Part shown: positions 1 through 12,850 of the stretch, one piece after another
Layout of the letters: every line of letters begins with the position of its first letter
How positions within the stretch are numbered: the stretch's first letter is position 1
DNA from: Octopus sinensis
Lineage: Eukaryota
NCBI RefSeq assembly: GCF_006345805.1
Contig: NC_043022.1
Span: 12,090,001-12,154,000 of the forward strand
Length of the DNA stretch: 64,000 nt
Direction: 5' to 3'
Translations under genes and position numbers: made by a program
The notes under the pieces: generated by a model
Told to the model about the DNA's origin: nothing
Seen by the model: only the letters and a program-made list of their open reading frames with translations
Databases searched by the model: none

Positions 1-234
1 TGGCCTCAGCTTAATGCCCTTCATAACACCAGCCACTTCATATACTATGGAATACTTCAACTTCAAGGGTGGGCTTGGCCTTTTTCTCAAATTGTAAAAT
101 ATTTGAGGCAAATTTTCGGCTGCTGTTTCTAGATCAAGTTATCCTGTAGACATTTCATCAATTTCGGTGGGTTGTTGGTTTATGTCAGGTTGGGGTCGTC
201 ATTAGTACTCCCATATTTACAATCAGTTAATTAA

Positions 235-420
235 CAGAGTAATCCAGATATTCTGCCTCATTCAAATCAACCAGATCTGGCATCTCACACCTAACTTACA
301 ATATCATTCTAAAAAGAAACAATCTCATTGAAATCTTAAAGCTACAAGATAATACATAATTAATTCTAAAGGTGAATAAATAAGCATTACATTTGGGGAA
401 ATAATGTGAAAGCTAAAGCT
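235..420. mobile_element. Degenerate MITE family 1 copy
   Basis: ccagatctggcatctcacacc..aagctacaagataat..aataagcattacatttg internal similarity. Confidence 0.55.
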
Positions 421-1420
421 CTGAGGAACCCCTGATTTATTTTATCATTCCTCAACAAAGAAAAGTCCTCAGTATTGGTGAGGTTTGTTTAGAGTTACTG
501 TAATGAAACAACTATTCAGTTTTCTATTTATTTTAACACAGAAGGTCTTGTGTAAAAATCTTGAAAGATACAGGCACGACTGTGCTATGAAGGGTTCACA
601 ATTTCACTGACAGTTTTATTTTGAGCAAGCTTATTCTTTAACCATCCTTGAGTTAGCATTTTTCTTGTATCAGATTTTTAAAGGCAAAAAAAGCCAGCAT
701 CCAGACACCGGCACATATATATATACTACAGGCTACTTTTCGTTTTACATCTACCAATATCCGATAAGGCTTTTGTTGGCCTGGACCTATAGTAGAAGAC
801 ACTTGTAGAAGTTACTGTGACTATGTGAAACTACTCTCTTGAGAAATGAACTTGTAAATCAGTCATGCCGGGAGAAGAACCCAATCCTTTCAAACAAAAA
901 AAATATTTTTCCCGATCTACTTAGATGGTTCATTGTAACTTTTACTATGAATCAGTAATCTTTCTACTCGCTGTTTAATAATAACATCTTGCAGCCGATG
1001 CTTGCATGACATGGGTATTTGCTACTGAGGAAACTGACAACAAATCTAGCAACTTCGCTAGTATTGTTCGACCTTCGCCTGCTGCTGGTATTTCTGTACT
1101 ACATGTGTAATGGTATGCGATTCAGTGTCTGGCGTAATGTCGGACAGGGGAAGTAATCAAGTAATTATTCCACTTGAATTTGGACATGTTAAGACAAAAA
1201 AATAATTCATAAAATACCTGTAGGATGAACTTTTATTTATTTTCCGAATTTTCAGCTCTACGCCCAGTCTTTTGCACATACAAAGTAAGTAGCTTATTGT
1301 AATCACTTTGGGACAGAGTTATTTAGATAACATTAAGCAGGAGATATGACAATATTCTGATCATGTTTGCTAGTCAGTATTTCGTGTGTATCTTAGTACT
1401 TATATATGACATATATTCTT

Positions 1421-1614
1421 ATTTCTTTATTGCCCGCAAGGAGCTAAACATAGAATGAACAGACAAAGAGATTAAGTCGATTGCATGGACTCCAGTGCGT
1501 AACTGGTACTTCATTTATCGACCCCGAAAGGATGAAAGGCAGAATGTAACGGCAGATGAAATACCGCTTAGCATTTCGCCCGGTGTGCTAACGTTTCTGC
1601 CAGCTTGCCGCCTT
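1421..1614 (-). mobile_element. SINE-B monomer (internal deletion)
   Basis: Reverse complement of the family. Confidence 0.8.
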
Positions 1615-2289
1615 TTTGACATATTCTAAATGCATTTGTTTGCATATGAAGCTTCTCTTCTCTGTTAACCTCACTATAATCACACTGCATCTCTTTCGTG
1701 TGTTCATAATTTCCATTGGTTACTTACTATTTAATTTCTACCTTCAGAAATGGAGTAGTGGGGACATAATAGAGGCCATGTGTGGCAACTAAAGGACTCC
1801 CATGAACCTAGTTGTTTGACTGACTGACTAAGCAATCAAATGATCAATTAGTTAAATGGCGAACTAGTTGCCTAACCTTTTCTACTGTAGGCACAAGGCC
1901 TGAAATTTTGTGGGGAAGCAGTTTGATTGCCTGGGCCCCAGGTGCTCAACTGGTATTTATTTGATCAACCCTGAAAGGTAGCATTGACCACAATGGAATT
2001 TGAACTCAGAATGTCAAGGTGTAAGATAGAACCACTGCATGGGTTTCTTACTGCCATAATGACCCTCCCAAGATACAATGTACTACCAACAGCTTTTCTG
2101 TATATTGAACGAGGACATTTCCTTAATGGTAACAAATTCCCGTCTTCTTTGCTCTCTACATTGCTTGTAAGATAGACATGGTCTCTTGATCTGTCCCGGA
2201 AGAATGTGATCCTGAATAAGAAATGGCTCAGACTCTAAAACAAATTAGTCAGCAGGGAAATTGTTGTCTTTCTTTTCCATACTAACATG

Positions 2290-2608
2290 GAGGTGGGAGC
2301 CAGTCGATTAGATCGACCCCAGTATGCAACTGGTACTTAATTCATCGACCCCAAGAGGGTGAAAGGTAAAGTTGAACTCAGAACATAAAGACAGATGAAA
2401 TACCTATTTCTTTATTACCCACAAGGGGCTAAACACAGAGGGGACAAACATAAGTATTAAGTCGATTACATCGACCCAGTGAGTAACTGGTACTTAATTT
2501 ATCGACCCTGAAAGGATGAAAGGCAAAGTCGACTTCGGCGGAATTTGAACTCACAACGTAACGGCAGACAAAATACCGCTAAACATTTCGCCCGGCCAGC
2601 TCGCTGCC
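2290..2608 (-). mobile_element. SINE-B dimer-type structure
   Basis: Same junction at 2404/2405. Confidence 0.75.
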
Positions 2609-2999
2609 TTAAAAGAATAAAAGAACATGGTTAATGTAAATTTCTAAAATAAAATTAAAATGTATAAATAATACCTTCATTTTTTGTGTCATTAACACTT
2701 TTTTTAATAAGAAATATTTAAAGAAATTTAACTAAAATAGTAAAATTGATAAAGACGGTGGTGATATTATATTGATAAATCAGCCCCTTAATGCTCAAAA
2801 TTGGTTTAAGTGTTTATCATCCCTTTTGAATATAGTCACACTGGAAGACTGCCAGGGATCAATTTCTACCACTTTACTGGCCCCTGGTTTAAACAGAACA
2901 TTAACGGTATCATCTTCACTAATCAGAGGGCCTGCAAGGTCCACAGACACTGCTTCTTCTCGCAGTTTCAGTGATTAAAAAAAAAGAATAGTTGTGTTC

Positions 3000-3990
3000 C
3001 AAATTTTGACACAAGGCTAGCAGTTTTGACTGGGAAGAGTTAATCGATTCCCTCAGCCCTCTCTCAATATTAGGGGACTAAGCTGATCTATTTTATCAAC
3101 CCTCGAAAGGATAAAGGGTAAAATTTGCTCGGATGGAATTTGAACTCAGAACGTAATGAATCAGGAAAAAATACCGATAAGCATTTTGTCCGACAATAGA
3201 AAGATTCTTCTCATTTGACAGCCTCTGGAGTCGTCTCTACAATTCTCCAATTCAGAGCAAATTTATCGGGTGAGGGAGACAGAAGTTACCTCCCTTACAC
3301 AATCTGACGGTTTGCAGCAATTTATTTTTGTCTCACAGAATTCCAATTAAAATTTCTTTTATTAACCAAAATTCTGGGACGTAAGAAGAGTGTGAATGAG
3401 TGGAAAATTTGAAACAATCTATTTCCGAATATTTCGATTTTCTTAACATTAAAACATTGCTCAATTGAAATTCTTCAAGAATTGATAGAAACTGTTACTT
3501 TCTCAGATGCAGCACGTATTTTTTGTCAGTGAACAGGTCGCGGTCTGAAAGCGACGAAAATATTTTGACAAATTAAACTTAAATGTTGAAGTGAATCGAA
3601 CGGCTTTTGTGTGTTTCTTAAATGGCTTACAAACACCTTCCACGCTGCAATTGTTTTCGTTCCAGCACACGATCTCAGATCAAATCATTTGCTATGCGAG
3701 TACACGTCCGTAATTCGTATTTTGTTTTGTTTATATTATACGAAGAACAGAAATTTTGATACATATGAATAAATTTTTAACGGTCTATCTCGAAGTGGAT
3801 GAAGCTATAAATAAATCTTTCTATTATAGGCACTTGGCCTGAATTTTTCGTGGGAGAGGGTTGACACCAGTAGTAGACTGGTTCTTGTTCTATTTACCCG
3901 CACCCCACCCAAAAGGATGAATGGCAAAATTGACCTTGGCGGAATTTGAACTTAGATTAGAAAACCAGGAGAAATGCCAGAAAGCACTGG
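3000..3990 (-). mobile_element. Two older SINE-B-subfamily copies (about 3000-3230 and 3810-3990)
   Basis: ggaatttgaactcagaac and aaaggat.aa.ggcaaa blocks with the older ccccaaaattt..ggcctagtgcc-type tail. Confidence 0.65.
3522..3572 (+). ncRNA. Minimal type-I hammerhead ribozyme motif, G3:C8 core variant
   Basis: Stem I TTTGTCA/TGACAAA, core GTGAACA, stem II GTCGC/GCGAC, GAAA, palindromic stem III region AAAATATTTT, predicted cleavage after 3565. Confidence 0.6.
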
Positions 3991-4129
3991 GTTAAGGTAA
4001 AAAAAGAAGAAAAAAAATGAACAAAACGTTGTCTGTCTGTTTATCTATCTATCGTCCGTTTAACGTCCGCTTTCCATGCTAGCATGGGTTGGATCTATCT
4101 GTCTGTCTGTCTTTCTACCTACCTACCAA

Positions 4130-5990
4130 CCTACCATGAAGGTAGCTGCCCTTCATCAGACACGATGATGGTAACATCATTCGCATATGCCGTCGCACTT
4201 CTACCGTAACACAGACACGCGTCTGCCCCCATAGTCCCCAACCTCCGCAGCCCTGACGAACCGAACGCTCGATCGCGAAATGGTTCGAAAGAACCCATTC
4301 ACCCGGACGACAGATTCGATGTTGCAATATATAGCTTCGATCCAGCCTCGGAAAGTCGGGCTCAATCCAACCGCCCGGAGGATCGCCGCCAGATACCGAT
4401 GGTCGACCCTATCGAATGCTTTAGACTAGTCTAAATTCACCAGTGCCCCACCCCACTTGCCAGGAACTTTACCAACCCTCTCGATGGTGTAGCGAATGAG
4501 GTGAAGGTTGTCATGTATTGTCCTTCGTGAGATGGCACATGTCTGTGTTCTCCCACCAGGTCCCCCACGACAATCCTCACTCTGTTGGCTAGCACCTTGG
4601 CCAAAATCTTTAACTCTGTGTTTAGCAGAATTATGGGCCGAAAACTATTAATGTTATTCCCCTTGCCTGGGTCCTTCATGATCTGTGTCACCACTACTCG
4701 GCTCACAGATTTAGGAATTCTCCCATTCAGTTGCCAATTCGCTTACACACCAGACAGTACGTTCCCGAACAAGTCTGGCATACTTTTTATAAAATTCGTA
4801 AGGTAGACCATCCAATCCCGGCGACTTGTCCCCGGGACACTCGGAAAGCACCTCTATAACCTCCTCGGTTCTTCACAGCGATCAGCGTCACGCACCGAAA
4901 GACGCGAGCTGCCGGTCAGGAAATGCCGGAGGGCATTCCCATGGTCCAGCAGCCCGCTTCTCCTGAACAACATTGCAAAGTGCTCGCGAAAGGCATCGCA
5001 CATCTCTTCTTGTCCTTGGATCTCCTGTCCATGCTCGTCTACCATAGACCTTATCATAGCGTCCACGCCACGTCGGGTTTCTACCGAGCAATCCCACCCG
5101 GCAGCGTCGATACCCTCGTGGCCCAGTGCACGTATTTTAGCCCGGACTCTGCTTCCTCGTGTTTGGCATTGAGGTGTTGATCTCGCTGCCAGCACTTAGG
5201 GTGCAGAGCCCATTCTCAGCGCCTCTTCAAATGCCTTAACTAGTTCCCTTTCTACTCTAGTCTGCTCTAGACTTAACTGCTTACTAAATCTAATCGACTC
5301 GGGTCGAATGGCTCTTTTGAGGGCACTCCACCACCGATTAATCACAGAGGCAGTTAGTGCCCTCATTACTAACACCTTAATCTGGCTACGGTAAGTTTCG
5401 CAATCCAATAGGGACTTGTTTAACTTTCAATAGCCAGATCCCTGTCTGTGAACCTTATCTATATGCAACCTACACATCACTAATTTGTGATCCGTGTAGG
5501 GTACATAGGTAAACTGTGGAAGTCTACGTGACTGGGGGGACCGTCTCTTCGTTTTTCTCTTCCTCCTCCTCCCTTGCTTCCTTTTTTTGGGGGGTGGTGA
5601 TTTTGACTTTCATTTTTTCCACAATGAAAGCACCTGGATCTTCTCACCTCCACATGTACTGCCAATACTGATTCTTCTACGTGTATCGTCTCGGGTAAAC
5701 CTTGTTGCTTGTGCTAGGATCTCCAGATTTTGAGCCCGCCAATTCTGTGGGGCGTCTCTGGAGATCTGAATGATGTATTTTGTCCTCTCTCTTGTAGAGG
5801 AGTGTGGCAACGATCTATGTCACCTCAACCTCTGGGGGCATGTTCTTAATCTTTATCCAGGACATTCTGTGTCCCAGATATAGAGACAGTAGCATGACGT
5901 TTCCCCATTGAAAGGTTCGAACTCTCTTGCCTTCTCAATCAAACTCGAACCTTGCTTCAATGGTGGCATGTCTTGTGCCTCGGGCTATCA
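4130..5990 (-). mobile_element. Degenerate L1/Tx1-type LINE (ORF1 and ORF2 fragments, internally deleted, 3' truncated)
   Basis: Minus strand shows ORF1 C-F-H-C knuckle remnant (about 5620-5635), endonuclease end TDH (5487-5495), GY*KLNKSLL (stop 5427-5429), RT FRPIILLNTELKILAKVLANR, SVRQGC, and YADD mutated to YAND (4176-4187). Many frameshifts. Confidence 0.85.
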
Positions 5991-6589
5991 CCGGCCCGAG
6001 ACACCTTTCAACTGTGCTTTCTTAAAAAACACTCTAGTCTTTTCTTTTCTACATCGTATGTTTTACGTATAATTATTTTTTCTTTTGTCTCGTTCCTTAT
6101 TTCACTTGGTGATGTTCTTTTCACCGTTTTTCTCAGCAATCATTCCATAGTAAGCCTGAATGACTTCCATTTTTAATGCAATCGTTTCACGTTCACCAAC
6201 AGCGGCGGCGGCAAAATTCAATTTTTTTTTCTATTTTGTTCTTCATACAGAAGACATTATTTTTTTAATATTTAAAAAAAAAAATATTCAAAAATTCCAT
6301 AAAATCCCACGATTTTTGTTTTCCGAAGGGGAACGCGGTTCAAACTTAAACCGCAAGCAGTAAACACAATTTATGTATCCTTCACCCTTCGGCCGAAAGA
6401 TAACAGTCACACAATATTAACAACACAAATAAGAAATCTTAAAACACCGTTTCTCCTACGGGGGGAAAACCAACAAGCAAGCACCATGTCCACAATAAAA
6501 GCAGGCAACAACCTTCAAGGTAAACAACACAAGCAACACTCCCACCTCTCTTTTATACTCCTGCCACCAAACCGAACTGGCCGAGATCA

Positions 6590-6801
6590 ACCGAATCAGC
6601 CAATGAAATTCGCCGTTGAACTTCCAATCAACCAATCACCGTGCAGTATAGTTCGTCTTTACATTATTAGTCAGCGCCATTGTTCACAGCATCTTAATTG
6701 CTCGACTTTTCTCTCTGTGTCTCACCATAGAAATCTTGGTACTTCACCGTTTTTCCTCTCTCTCTCTTGCTGCTATTTCAGTTTATTATTTAAAGGTAAG
6801 G
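6590..6801 (+). promoter_or_regulatory. Candidate CCAAT-box promoter and non-coding first exon
   Basis: CCAAT at 6600, 6624 and 6632, CpG-retaining context, donor AAG|GTAAGG with GT at 6796. Confidence 0.4.
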
Positions 6802-7052
6802 ATCTCACTTTTTATACCCGTCTTTTGGTTAGGTGAATATCGTTAATATGGTTCCTTGACACTTCTGCATCACTACTTTTCTCCTGCGGCACACTAATCC
6901 ATGTATTGACTACTTTTCTCATCTGTCTCCACTAATTACGACACACGAGGACGGCCGAGTCCTCTCTTTGTTCAACATACACTTCTCTATCGAAATATAT
7001 CTCCTCACACACACATATAATTGGGTACATTTATGTATTTAACACACACTAT

Positions 7053-7089
<37 letters not shown>

Positions 7090-7091
<2 letters not shown>

Positions 7092-7440
7092 CACACAATC
7101 AGGTATAACAGTCTATATATATAGTTAATATATGTATACAATAACTAGGTGTATATATATATATATATATATGATTGTGTGTATATATATATATATACAC
7201 AATCAGGTATAACAGTCTATATATAATATATGTATACACAATAATTAGGTGTTTATATATATATACACACAATCAGGTATAACAGTCTATATATATATAG
7301 TTAATATATGTATACACATAACTAGATGTATATATATATATATATATATAGATATACACACATACACACAATCAGGTATAACCGTCTATATATAATATAT
7401 ACACAATCAGGTATAACAGTCTGTATATAATATATAGTTA
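7090..7440. repeat. Minisatellite built on cacaatcaggtataacagtctatata, 5 copies
   Basis: Unit at about 7093, 7197, 7269, 7367 and 7401. Confidence 0.85.
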
Positions 7441-7734
7441 ATAAAGGCGATCTTTCGTCTCTAGTAGACCTTTCATAGAGACGAAAGATTGCCATAAAAA
7501 TATATAACCGGGTATATATATATATCTGCATTAAGAGGGGAAATACGTACATCTGTATTACCTGGGTGCAGATAGTTATCTGCATTAACTGTACGATTCA
7601 CTAAATGTACATATCTGCATTTATCGGGTGCATACACATCTGCATTATCTGGGTATATTTTATATCCATATAAATTAACTCTATCTGTGCTTGCATCTAT
7701 GATAATAATTCCATGATATATGTGTGTGTACATT

Positions 7735-7810
7735 ATATATATATATATACATACATACACACACACACACATATATATATACATACATACACACACACAT
7801 ATATATACAT

Positions 7811-7845
<35 letters not shown>

Positions 7846-7848
7846 CAT

Positions 7849-7883
<35 letters not shown>

Positions 7884-7886
7884 CAT

Positions 7887-7917
<31 letters not shown>

Positions 7918-7920
7918 CAT

Positions 7921-7951
<31 letters not shown>

Positions 7952-8020
7952 CACACACACAAAAACATATATATATATACACACACACAAACACATATAT
8001 ATATACACACACACAAACAC
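7735..8020. repeat. Compound (AT)n(AC)n microsatellite array
   Basis: Direct inspection; similar arrays at 16134-16377 and 17995-18300. Confidence 0.95.
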
Positions 8021-8069
8021 ATACGATTATACTATCTCGTTATACTAAGCAGCAGTCCTACTAGAAATG

Positions 8070-8285
8070 CCATGTTTAACCCTTGGTCTGGTCTGTCCAG
8101 ATCGTGTTGACCTATGACCAATGCCGTTATAAGGTCAAGACCACCTCGTCATATATTCGTACATGGGTCATATCTAGGAACTGCATTAGCCAATGTGTTC
8201 TTCCTTAAGACATCAGGGTGTCATCTGCGGTAGATTTGGCAGTTCTAGCGAATCGATCGACTACCGTAGAGTAGTCTCATTGTGA
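8070..8285 (-). mobile_element. SINE-F-like repeat with (CAA)n-type tail
   Basis: Related fragments at about 9180-9345, 20830-20950, 34030-34120, 44440-44600, 46170-46285 and 58345-58630. Confidence 0.45.
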
Positions 8286-9599
8286 ATCGAACCTTTTCTT
8301 TTCAAGTATATCCAACGTTTCTTTGGTAAAATTTACCATTTCTTTTATATATATATTTGTGTGTGTGTGAGTATATAATGATTATAAGTTTGTACGAATA
8401 TGTGGTGCATATACACTTGAAAGCATTTTGAATCGTTATTTAGTGGTGTATATAAAATGCATTTACTGTTTGATGAACGACTGCTACTGTGGAGTTTAGA
8501 GCTCCTATCATAATGCAGTGAAGTGTTCGCCTGATAAACTTGACGATCAGCATCCAATCACACTTGGAACATTCCTTGTAGAAGATTCAAATAGCCACAA
8601 AGGTGAAACGTACGTAGGGTACAGATGATATAAACTTGTATTATTTCTCATATAATATATACACATACATGCTTTATATTCACGCAACTGTTCAGAATTG
8701 TCCAATATATATAAATAAACACAAAAAAATAAAGACAGGTGAAGAAACAACAACAGAGGTGTATTAGTTTGACGCTTAGGAAAATCGGAAGAGTCTGACG
8801 TTTCAAACCTATGCTCTTCTGTGTATATTTAGCTCTCATCCTTTTTGCATTATTGTTTTCTTTGTGCCAGTGATTAATTTGACTTTGGCCATATTAGGGC
8901 ATAGCTTAAAAAATTTAGTCGATTGCATTGTTCTCCATTTTTTGAACCACTATGTTATGGAGCCCCAAGGACAACACAAATAGTGACAGCTTTTAGACAA
9001 GTCTAAGTACAAATACTCATTTATATACTCACACACACAACTGGTTTTTGCTTTATTTTTTCTGTGTATTAAATTTCTCTGATAATCAACTCTTGGCTTT
9101 GGAAGGTTGTGCAGCTGGATTGAACCTGGAACTAAGCGAATGCAAGGTGCCTATGTAAACATACATAGACACTCATGTTAGTGAGAACTGCTATGTGGTT
9201 ACTTGACTTTTTAGAAATAACTGCAGAGTTTTTTTCTGAGGAAGGGTAAACACATTAGGCAAGGTTGTGCTAGATAGAAAGACAATGCAGTTATGGCGGG
9301 AATGCCTACTTTCAACATATCAGTGAAGAACTGGAGCTAAACAACAATGTAGACATGCTTTTTACATAAGCACATTTCTCTCTCTCTCTCTTTCGTCATC
9401 ATCAAAGAAGGCATAAGCACTGTCACACACACACACACACACATATACTCATGATGGAACTTCCTCTCAAATTCACGTACAAGGCTTTGGTCGGCTTGAG
9501 TAGAAGACACTTGTTCAAGGTACTGTGCAGTGGGGTCTGAATCTGAAACCATGTGGTTGGGAAGCACACACACACATTCATATATGCGTGCACATTTTT

Positions 9600-9958
9600 T
9601 TTTTCTACTCTAGGCACAGGACCCAAAATTTTGGGGGCGTGGGGCCAGTTGGTTAGATTGATCGTCAGTATGCAACTGGTACTTAATTTATTGGCCTCCG
9701 AAAGGATGAAAGACAAAGTTGACCTCGGCGGAATTTGAACTCAGAACGAAATACCTATGTTTTTACTACACACAGAGGGGACAAACAGATTAAGTCGATT
9801 ATATCGACCCCAGTGCATAACTGGTACTTAATTTATCGACCCCGAAAAGATGAACGGCAAAGTCGACCTCGGTGAAATTTGAACTCAGAACGTAGCAGCT
9901 GACGAAATACCGCTAAGCATTTTGCCCGGCATGCTAACGATTCTGCCATCTTGCCGCC
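9600..9958 (-). mobile_element. SINE-B dimer-type structure
   Basis: Same junction at 9755/9756. Confidence 0.75.
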
Positions 9959-10779
9959 CTTATGCGTGCACATTTTAGTTTGAAATAATCCTACTTAAGG
10001 ATTTTTTTTCTTACCTCAATTTCAATGCAAGACTGTTATCTTGAATTTTGACATACGCAGGTGTGTATATATTGTGTTGGGTTTCCCCACATTCTAAGAT
10101 GCTAGAGTGGTATGAGGGAGTTAAGATTGCTCTCTGTAGGCACCACGCAGAGACTGTCATTGTCTTGTATAGCTGTAATATATTAAGGTAGACTAATTAA
10201 TGAAGACATATGCCAAGTGAAAATTTCTGAGTTATTTTTGTGGTATTACTTGTGTTTTGATTTTGGCAGTTGTTCCATGATTTTCTCTGAGACAATCACT
10301 TCACTAATTGAATAACGAGGGTAATTTATTTATCAGAAAGCAAACACCAAAAAAGACAAAAGGAAAACTCCCATATATAAGGAATGAATTAAGACTTGTT
10401 AAAGAAAGTAAATTTGTGTTCTTTTATTGGAAATTCTTGAAATTGCATATAATGACAGTTTCAAATTTTTGGTACAAGTCCAAGAATTTTGAGAGGAATA
10501 GGTTACTAGATTACATCGACTCCCCCCAGTATTTGTCTGGTACTATATATTTTTTTTTCTCCAGAAGGATGAATGGCTAAGTTGAACCCAGAACATAAAA
10601 AGCCATTAGAAATGCCTCTTAGAATTTTGACCAACATGCTAACAATCTGTTTACCACCTTAATGATAAGAAAGTATGTGCGTGGGTGTGTAGTGTGCCTT
10701 AGTTAAATAAAGTAGGGTTTATTTTAGTAACAGCTTCATTCACCTTTCAAGTGGTGTGTGTGAGTACATGGGTGTGGGG

Positions 10780-11795
10780 TAAAGGTATGGCAAGTGAGAG
10801 CGCAAGGATGTTATCAATAAAGTGAGATTGAACAATAAGATCAATGTGGTATTTAATATGCAGTTCAGTGTCCACCAAGGTTTGTTCTTGGTCCCCTGCT
10901 GTTTTGTTCTAAGCTTTCAGGACACACAGTAGAGGGGTTCAAAACTACTTGCCCATGAGAATTTCTGTATTCTGATCACTTGGTTTTCATCTGAGTCAGT
11001 CCAAGTATTAGAAGAAAAACTCCAAATGTGAGAGCAAATTCTAAAACCAAGGTAACTGTAGCTAAGACGAGTTCTATTTAGCAGAAAACAATGTTACTAC
11101 AAACTGCAGAGCAGCCAATTCTTTGTATAATAGTAACATAAAAGGTACAGTGGGATCATGAGCAGGCTGATTGATAAGGATTTCAAATGTAGCAGATGCA
11201 CTGGATTAGGTAGTAGTAGTAGTAGTAGTAGTAGTAAGAGCACTTAAGAGATAAAGTCTCTCAATTGTTCAGAAGGATTATTAGTATATTAGAACTAATT
11301 AATAGTGTTTGTTATGTAGGTGACCTGATCAGCAGTCAAAGTGGGTGCTGTGAAAGGATTTTAGCCAGAGTAAGAATGCCATAAAAAAGTTTGTGTTACC
11401 TGTTAGTGAGAAATAGCTTCTTTTTTTTATGTAAATTTCATGAAGTTTGATTAGGAGGTGTGGTGTTGCATGGTAGCACTGAATGGTGACACAGGAACAT
11501 TCCACTGGATATGCAGTGTCAGCCTGTATGAATGACAGCTCAAGTGTGTTGAGAAAAGAGAAAATTTGGTATCAGATAAGATTGCAGTGGTAAGAACAGG
11601 TCATGTTTGTGAAGATCTTTAAATGAAAGTGTCAGAGTGTGGAAGAAGACCTGGACCAAAGTGGCAAAGACTGATATCAGGATATTTGATTCTCATTATG
11701 ACCACAATGGACAAATATATAACTGGAGTAAAACTTTATTAAATCTGAACCAAGGTAACTTAGGAAAGTACAGAGCAGAAATGTGTGTATGTATG

Positions 11796-11860
<65 letters not shown>

Positions 11861-12056
11861 TATATTGGATAAATACTATCCCATAGTGGGTTACACCCAT
11901 AACCCCTATCTTACTTTGTATATATATGTATATATTTTCATAGAGAACCATGCCAAATCAGTCTAGAGTCTGGTGCAGCCTCCCAGCTTACCAGCTATGG
12001 TCAAACTGTCCGACCCATGCCAGCATGGACAATGGATGTTAATTGATTATGATGAT
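10780..12056 (+). mobile_element. Degenerate RTE LINE 3' portion (RT plus 3' UTR)
   Basis: Remnants of VHQG(S)VL.PLLF (about 10870), LEEKLQ, YLGDLIS, LHGS..W, REK.GIR and GR..KTW.KV..D, then a 3' UTR tail ending atgatgatg at about 12055 after a TA microsatellite. Confidence 0.7.
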
Positions 12057-12524
12057 GTGTGTGCGTGCAAGCAGATTTTAAAATAACAGAACATTTATTA
12101 ATGGTATGACACTTTATTGTGAAGATCACTTTAATTTAGGTTTTACTCTCTCCAGCCTAATGGTTTGGGTGTTGTACTCCTGATAATTAAATCATGGTTC
12201 TGACTCCCAAACCAAGCAGTGCATTATATTCTTGAGTACAAGACTTCATTTTATGTTGTTCTATGATCATTTCAACATCTGACATGTGGCACATTTGTGC
12301 ACCTGTACAGGCAATGTTGATTTGATGGATGGAACGAGATTATGTGAACTCAAGCATTTACTCACTATAAGCAAATCAGCTGTGGGGTTGTTTAGCAAGA
12401 AATTGCAGAATCATCATCTAACAAGGGGAGAGTTCATAATAATAAATATGTTCACATATATATACAGACACAAAATCATTCTGATGTTCAGTTTTCTATG
12501 CTTGAGTGGATTGGATGTAATTCA

Positions 12525-12850
12525 TTGAAGTAGGTTTTGCCAACCCACACTTGTTTCCAAGCAAGGTAATATTTCTCCATGGGCCAGACATACATTAGAA
12601 ATAATGACACTGCTTGTATGACAATCATTTGCAACTACCATGTGATGTCAAGGAAGAGACACAAGTGCGTATGTATGCAAGCACACACACACACACACAC
12701 ATAAAACAGTCTTTCAGTTTCCATCTACCAAATCCACTCACAAGGTTTTGGTCAACCTGGGACTATAACAGAAGACACTTGGACCAGGTGCCATGCAGTG
12801 GAACTGAACTCGGGACCATGTGCTTGAGAAGCAATGCTACACATACGCCC
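12525..12850 (-). mobile_element. SINE-D (SINE-A-like head, different tail ending in RTE-like 3' sequence)
   Basis: Shares head and core with SINE-A; tail aatattaccttgcttggaaac..ggaagggcatc also seen at about 13060-13320, 14750-15010 and 43500-44110. Confidence 0.6.

Noticed and set aside
4245-4300. CTGACGA..gaac/gttc..GAAA hammerhead-like text
   Set aside because: Antisense to the Tx1 RT coding sequence, with no stem I partner or NUH triplet.
7473-8110. Multiple long ORFs (MCVYIY.., HTHTHI..)
   Set aside because: Translations of (AT)n(AC)n microsatellite. The same applies to ORFs at 11760, 15783-16381, 17573-18393, 27055-27405, 38881 and 55419-55789.
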